DNA of 64,000 bases from Octopus vulgaris (Eukaryota), in NCBI GenBank assembly GCA_951406725.2, contig OX597832.1, positions 35,960,001 through 36,024,000 on the forward strand. The letters run 5' to 3'. Shown here in pieces: positions 57,174 through 64,000 of this stretch (its first letter is position 1; each line of letters opens with the position of its first letter). Below the pieces are notes generated by a model that was given only the letters and a program-made list of their open reading frames with translations, did no database searches and was not told where the DNA came from. Both the position numbers and the translations under genes were made by a program.

Positions 57174-58827
57174 GTGAGTAGAGGAATAAAGTGCTTATTA
57201 CAATAGATACAATTGATGAGTTCAGATGCAACACCTCGGTTTCAAATCCTTTTATTATTACAACTAAGGGAGAGAGAAAAACCGTATCTATATTACTCGT
57301 AATGATTATTCTTAAAAACACTAAAATGGGAAAGAGAAACTCTGAAGGATTCTGTTGATTTCCTGTTTATGAAACGAATTTTCTTCTAATAAATTGAAGA
57401 ATTTGATCAAAAGAACACTTGATGAAAACGTAGATCTGCATAAGTTTTCATAGTTCATGGCCTTTTCTTTACTATTTTTAAAATGCCATTTTCTATTGAA
57501 GAAATGCTATTGGATCATTGGTTACTGAATGTATGTTTTTAGTTTATAAACACTTCCCTCTTTTGTGACCACAGTTATAAGTATCGTAAACATATACACG
57601 ACATGACATCCTTTAAGTTATCACTGTCGATAAATCTAACAGCTTCTGTTGGAAGCTTTACGTATCCAGGAAATAATTATTCTGCAATATTCACTTCATC
57701 CAATGGACTTCACCCAACTCAAGCTAGTTTGACATCTTGTTTTTGTTTCATTTTCACATTTTCACATTTACAAAGGTATACTGAAGATCGCAAACGCATG
57801 CTGTGATGTCCTCGAGTATGTTGCAGCCTTAGCACGCGGTGCTACTAGCATGTGGCACATCCTAGCATGTAGCTCCTCCTATTATGTGTGACACATAGCA
57901 CGCAGTTTCGCAAAAATTAAGGTGCAACACCTTAACGTGTGGCACTCCACTCGAGAGTTCGAGTGGACGGTATTGGTTTGATATTTATTACTGAGAAATA
58001 AATACACTAAGAGGTGGACTGTACGCTGACACTAAACCTCCTTGATTTGGTATTTACGATTGAGAAAGTGATGGAGTAATTCGTCAAAGTCATCTTAGAC
58101 TGTTGTTTGTTGGAAACAGTCACGTTTTCTAAAATGCTACGAAGAAATTTTCTTCCAAGATTTTCCTCATATAAAAAATGAGAAAACCCTCTTTTTTATT
58201 CATCGAATTCTTTAAGGTGCAAATAAAGGCACATTCTTGAACCTTTTTTCTATTATTTTCCATTTATTTTTACTAATATCCATTTTTAGTTTATCATTTG
58301 TTATTCATCATGGTCAACTCCTGGGTAGCGGGAGGAGTAATTGCCACAAAGGTAGCAGCAGTGAATACGCCTCCCACCACTAATTTTTAGAAACCCGGAA
58401 AGAGATTTAAAAAGGAAGATAAACAAAAGATAACAACAAAATAAACAGACACAATTGTAAACACAGACAGTCATAATTTGATAAATGAAGCCGCAATTAA
58501 TTAAATCAAAGCATCGACAGTAACTCATTCTTTGCTAAAGCTGCAAGCCAAAATGAAATGTTGGACATTGGCCAACTCCAAACAAAAGAAGGAGAAAGAC
58601 GAATGAAAGAGGTGTGTCAAAAACACAGCGCACATCCTTATCATGAAAGGATGAAAAGGGAATACGTGATGCAGTCTGTTTCTCAAAACAATGGAGGGAC
58701 TCTGTAACCTTGAAGTACGAGTTTGAGTAAACCGTGGCTAATACGAGACAGACGGTCCATTGATCAGGGAAAGGCATGTGGGTTGAAGATACTGCGAAGA
58801 GAAAGCATCAGTGACATAACACACACA

Positions 58828-59984
58828 CACATACATGACAGAAGTAAATAGACACCCAATAAAACTTCGTTTTCTGTTTATTCTAATTTGTAATGGTTTA
58901 TATTTTTTATTAATTGACATTTTTATGTTTCAGGTTCTCTATATGACTGTTTAATCTTTCCATATACAAAGGAAGCCTTGGAACTGTCAAAATTTCAAAG
59001 AGGCTGTATTGTGGGTAATTCTGAAGGTGGACATAGCGGCGCAAAATCGCAGAAAACCTGGGGATCCTGCTTTCTATAATTAATAGAGTGATGTGCAATT
59101 CCCTAGAGAGGGGAAGGAGCCCACATCACCTCATCCAGATCAACCAGAGCCCTAAGACAGGACCCTTCTCTTTATTAAGAGAAGTGTGGAGGATAATCCT
59201 CATTGCAAGGCTTCTGACATAACACCTGTCAAGTATCTCCACAAACTTGGTTACTATGGCAGAGCAGCAAGAAGGAAGCCACTTCTTCGACCAAGTGGAG
59301 AAAAGATTAGGCCGGTGAGATGGTGGAGAGGCCACTAGCATTTTGGGATGATGTCATATCCTTTGATGAGTCCATATTTGCTGTATTTCCTGACAGTGGT
59401 CGAGTGTGGGTCTGGAGACTCTGTGATCAAGAATTTGATGATGTGAAAAGATGGCAGCCAACAACGAAACACAGCAGTTATTCTGTGATGGTCTGGGGAG
59501 CATTTTGGAGCAATGGTTGATCATATGTGTCCACATTGCAGAATGGACTCCGTCCAATCTTCTCCTGTATTGAAACGATTAAAGGAGACTATTTATGTAA
59601 GACTATTTATGTCACATGGCTGAAATGGCCCAAGATTTGTTGAATAAAAATGGCATTAGAAAGCTTCCATTGTCAAGCCAGTCACCAGATACGAGCCCTA
59701 TTGAACACCTCTGGGTCACTTCATAAAAAGAAGAAAGCCTCTTCAAAGCCAGATCTTTTGAGATTACTGCATGAAACTTGGCAAGAAATTCCGCAAGGGA
59801 ATATTCGCCATCTTATCATTAAAATACCTAATGGGGTCCTTGCATTTAAAAAGGCAAAGGGCATGTCTACTAAATATTAAATATTCACATTATAACAATT
59901 AACAAATAATTTGAATGTATAATTTCAGATTTAAATAAATTTTAACGATTGTAAAGGTGTCTATTTACTTCTGTCGTGTCTGTG
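58828..59984 (+). mobile_element. Tc1 element with both 29-bp TIRs, internally deleted and decayed
   Basis: TIRs cacatacatgacagaagtaaatagacacc and ggtgtctatttacttctgtcgtgtctgtg followed by TA. Motifs GYYGRAARRKPLL, FDESIF, TKHSSYSVMVWG, KAKGMSTKY. Confidence 0.9.
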
Positions 59985-60770
59985 TATATACACCAGGCAT
60001 ACTTTGTAGTCTCGTGTCTTTAGTACGTTTTGGTATCGTATTTATGTCGCTTGTGGCCTAGAAAGAAATTACTTATTATTATCTTCATCATCATCCGTTT
60101 CATCATCATCGTATCATCATCACCTTCATCATCAATTTCATCATCATTCTAGTCGTCGTGTCGTCGTCGTTGTCATCATCATCATGATGATGATCATCAT
60201 CATCAGTAGTAGTAGTAGTAGTAGTAGGAGGAGGAGGAGGAAGAGTAGCGTGTTGTTATTCTGGTCGGTTTTCTTTCTGTCGCTTTTGTTATTTTCATTG
60301 GGTCCGGTAATAATAAATCATATCAATTGGTTTGTAAAACCTTCTTTTCAGTTCAAATAGTACCGGCCTATTTGGCTTTATTTCTGTCCTCGAGGGGATG
60401 GAGAAGGCGGGAGAGGTTATAAGATATTAATCAATCTCTCTGGGTAATATAGTGGGAGATATTATATCCCACTTATCCTCTCTCCTAAAACATTTTACAT
60501 TGTGCCTTAAATAAATTATCAATAGTCGTAAATATTAGGGTCGAAGGCAGAAAATAGTAAAAGAAAGAAGAGAAAAGAAAAAGAAAAAGAAAACATTTTA
60601 AAAAGCTAAAGAAAATCGAAAGTGAGTCTTTGAAAGGCAGACCCTGTTCATGACAACTTGAATGGCTGGTATTGACCAACGGCTTAAGCGAAGAATAACA
60701 AAAATCAAGAAAAGTTATCAATACATCAATATAGAAATGTGTGTTTGTGTGTGTGTGTATCTATGTATAC

Positions 60771-60820
<50 letters not shown>

Positions 60821-61314
60821 GTATTGTGTAAACATACATGTACATACAAACATACAAATATATACATATACACACACATATATATATGTATATATATATA
60901 TATATATATGTATGTGCATATATATATGTATATATGTCCATAGATATAATGAATGTATATCTATGCATATGCGTGTCCCCGTCTATGTGTGTGTGCGTGC
61001 ATATATAGACACGCGCACGCACGCATGCATGCGTATAAAAATGAGATCAATACGTTGTTTTTCTGTGATTTGACAATGGTTTTGCCACAAAAGGTCTTCG
61101 TTGTTTTTCTGTTCTAATTACGAGATGTCGGTTTCATGCTATGACAATAAAATACGCAGTGGCTTTGTGATATAACAAATATGCCGAGATATGTCACAGT
61201 GATTTAGCTTATAAGAAATGTATTGTCTGTGTTTATGAAAATGTCGATATTTATTAGTTATTATAATGGCTGCATACACGAAGAAAAAAAGCCATTATTG
61301 ATTATATTTAATAG

Positions 61315-61348
61315 AATGCTTATCTGCAAGCCTTTAGGAAGTGGAGAG
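61315..61348 (+). CDS. Candidate 34-bp micro-exon (NAYLQAFRKWR)
   Basis: atttaatag acceptor and GAG|gtaagt donor; open in phase 0. Confidence 0.2.
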
Positions 61349-62173
61349 GTAAGTGGGGGAAAGTATGAAGTAATTTATATCTCGAAAATATTTGAAGGAA
61401 CGTCGTAAATTGTGGCACTAAACTCTGCGTAAATATCCAAACTAGGTCCTACGGCAGGTCAAGGAAGCATAGAAGGATCCTTGTACGCGGTCATTTGACT
61501 TACTGCAATTTTTTTCTGAAAACACTCTCTATTGTCTTAAAAAGGAAGGGCATATTGCATAATTTTGCGAAATGTTTGAAAAGAGCTAGATGGTCACATC
61601 TGGAATGGCTACTGACCACATGTCTACTCGGTTAAGGTAGATATGATTAAACTACCATCAGCAATAACAGCTAAAATTTGGTCTCTCATCCGAGTTAGAA
61701 TGATATATTACCATAAATCCAAAGTTTAACAGCAGAAGCTCTTAAATACCTCGAATATAAGGGATTTGCGTGGAGATAATATCGACACATTGAAACTTCA
61801 TTTTCAGAGTCGATTGTATAAGATAGTGAACAAACCTACTTCACAGCAATAGGAACACACGCGAGGACAGCAGCTTAGATCCTATCTCATTCCTAGTGAT
61901 ACAATCATATGTATGAAGGCAGTCATTCATTTAGAGCAGTAAGCATCGACGTCGTTTGATAGGAACATACATAGCACAACACAAAGACTGCCTACTACAT
62001 TGTTTGACAGATAAATATATAACATTATACGGCATTGCTTGATAGGAACATACACAACACTACACATGTTTGATAAGTATATCCATAACATATAACTACA
62101 GTTTTTGGTAAGAATATATATTGCACGGTTCACATGCTTGTAAGTATTGATACATGGCAAACTACCTTACGGT

Positions 62174-62633
62174 TTTCTTTACTGACCACAAGGGGCTAAA
62201 CACAGAGGGGACAAACAAGGACAGACAAACGGATTAAGTCAATTATATCGACCCCAGTGCGTAACTGGTACTTAATTTATCGACCCCGAAAGAATGAAAG
62301 GCAAAGTCGACCTCGGCGGAATTTGAACTCAGAACGTAACGGCAGACGAAATACCTATTTCTTTACTACCCACAAGGGGCTAAACACAGAGGGAACAAAC
62401 AAGGACAGACAAACGGATTAAGTCTATTATATAGACCACAGTGCGTAACTGGTACTTAATTTATCGACCCCGAAAGAATGAAAGGCAAAGTCGACCTCGG
62501 TGGAATTTGAACTCAGAACGTAACGGCAGACGAAATACCTATTTCTTTACTACCCACAAGGGGCTAAACACAGAGGGGACAAACAAGGACAGACAAACGG
62601 ATTAAGTCGATTATATAGACTCCAGTGCGTTAC
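62174..62633 (-). repeat. 2.5 tandem copies of a 184-bp SINE family A unit
   Basis: aggggctaaacacagaggg recurs at 62191, 62375 and 62559. Confidence 0.95.
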
Positions 62634-62639
62634 TACAAA

Positions 62640-63011
62640 ATTAGAAATATTGCATTTCTAAATCTCTCAGAGAGAGTTATGCTGTAGTCCCAATAATGCT
62701 TCTAAGAAATTTAAATCCTCCTAAATTATGCAAGGGGACAAGAATGATTGTGAAGACATTATCACCTAATGTGACGGAAGCTATCATCATCACTGAATGT
62801 GCCTTTGGGGAAGAGGCTTTCATTCCAAGAATTCCAATCAAACCATTTGAGTTCAAACGAACACAAATTCCCGGTGCGACTTTGCTTCGGAATGTCTTTT
62901 CTCAGCCAACTTTATGTTAGTTGTCCCAAGATAGGTAGTTTGCAAGACTTATTTGTCTTTGCTCCAAACCAGAAAACAAAGAATGTTCTTTACCCAGAAG
63001 CTCTTATGTAA
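62640..63011 (+). mobile_element. Helitron PIF1-like helicase C-terminal pseudogene
   Basis: PIMLLRNLNPPKLCKGTRM...FIPRIP..PFEFKR.Q / FPVRLCFGMS..QLYVSC...KTKNVLYPEAL; frameshift and internal deletion. Confidence 0.9.
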
Positions 63012-63078
63012 TTTCCTTCAACATATGAGGTAGACCTTATCTCCTTTCATAAAAGTGGTAAATTTTGTATTTTCGTTA

Positions 63079-63118
<40 letters not shown>

Positions 63119-63471
63119 GTTTATATTATGAATTCAGAAGCGATTTCCCAATTAAAGAATACAACATATTTTGCTTTTTTCTTCCAATATATAATGAAAA
63201 ATTTCGTTGTGTGTACGTATGTGTGTGTGTGTGTGTGTGTAAAGACTCCAGGACTTTTTTAAAGCCTAGTACTTATTCTATCGGTCTCTTTTGCCAAACT
63301 ACTAAGTTACGGGGATGTAAACAGACCAACACCGATCGTCAAGCAGTAATGGGGAGACAAACACAAATACAAACACACACAACACACGCACATATACGAC
63401 GAGCTTCTTTCAGTTTCCATATACCAAACACACTCAAGGCTTTAGTTGACCCGAGGCTATACTAGAAGACA

Positions 63472-63669
63472 TGATAGATCGCTAGCCTCTAAACCTTTTT
63501 TATTTTCTCTCCCTGCTTATTTCAGTGCTCCTTTCTGTCGAAGAGCGTAGGCTCGAAATGTAAAAGACTTCCTCACTTCCCGAGCGTTAAACTAATACAT
63601 CTGTTTGTTGTTTACACACCCGTCTTCGTCTTTTATTTTTTTATTTTATTTTTTTTTTGTAAATTCCCA
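63472..63669 (+). mobile_element. Penelope-like fragment with minimal hammerhead, nested in a CORE-type SINE
   Basis: cttt-CTGTCGA-agagcgtaggctc-GAAAT-GTA-aaag (63531-63566); flanking duplication ctatac(t/c)agaagaca at 63457-63471 and 63670-63684. Confidence 0.65.
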
Positions 63670-64000
63670 CTATACCAGAAGACACATGCACAAGGTGCCA
63701 CGCAGTGGGACTGAACCCAGAACCGTGTGATTGGGAAACACACATATGCACAAACAGACAACACACATTATTCCTGCGCACAACTTCCATATGTATTCAC
63801 AATACATACAGGCACACCTACACACATTTAATCACACGCGTATATGTTTAAATCTCTTTAGTTCTTTATACAAACGTATATTGATATATTAATTCGACTT
63901 TGTCATTTGAAGTGAACTGCGCTCTTATTCTCTGAAGCAGTGTCTGGATGATTCTGTTGTCACACTTTGAGTAGGAGTTCAACACAATCTCATTTATAAA

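Noticed and set aside
57820-57950. Degenerate ~17-bp tagcatgtgg repeats (similar weak periodicities at 49970-50210 and 61940-62160)
   Set aside because: Old minisatellite decay with no further structure.

Overview
AT-rich, repeat-saturated animal DNA. The SINE/LINE/microsatellite landscape looks like a coleoid cephalopod, probably Octopus (my inference, not a database result). I see no intact multi-exon gene, rRNA, tRNA or CRISPR array, and nearly all long ORFs in the track are microsatellite artefacts. The window holds decayed Tc1, MULE/FLYWCH, hAT, Helitron, RTE and R4/Dong remnants plus several tRNA-derived SINE families. Most notable: (1) several minimal type-I hammerhead-ribozyme-like motifs with palindromic stem III, as in Penelope-like elements, including a ~235-bp fold-back centred inside the ribozyme core; (2) a ~550-bp non-coding element present three times, always in (TAA)n and co-oriented with R4/Dong remnants; (3) head-to-tail 184-bp SINE multimers sharing one junction at three loci; (4) a compact RFX/CRE/YY1/ETS promoter-like cluster with two phase-compatible candidate micro-exons downstream; (5) a decayed Gly-Pro-Pro collagen-like segment overlapping an intact His/Gly-rich ORF. 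Family calls rest on by-eye motif recognition; boundaries of decayed elements are approximate.
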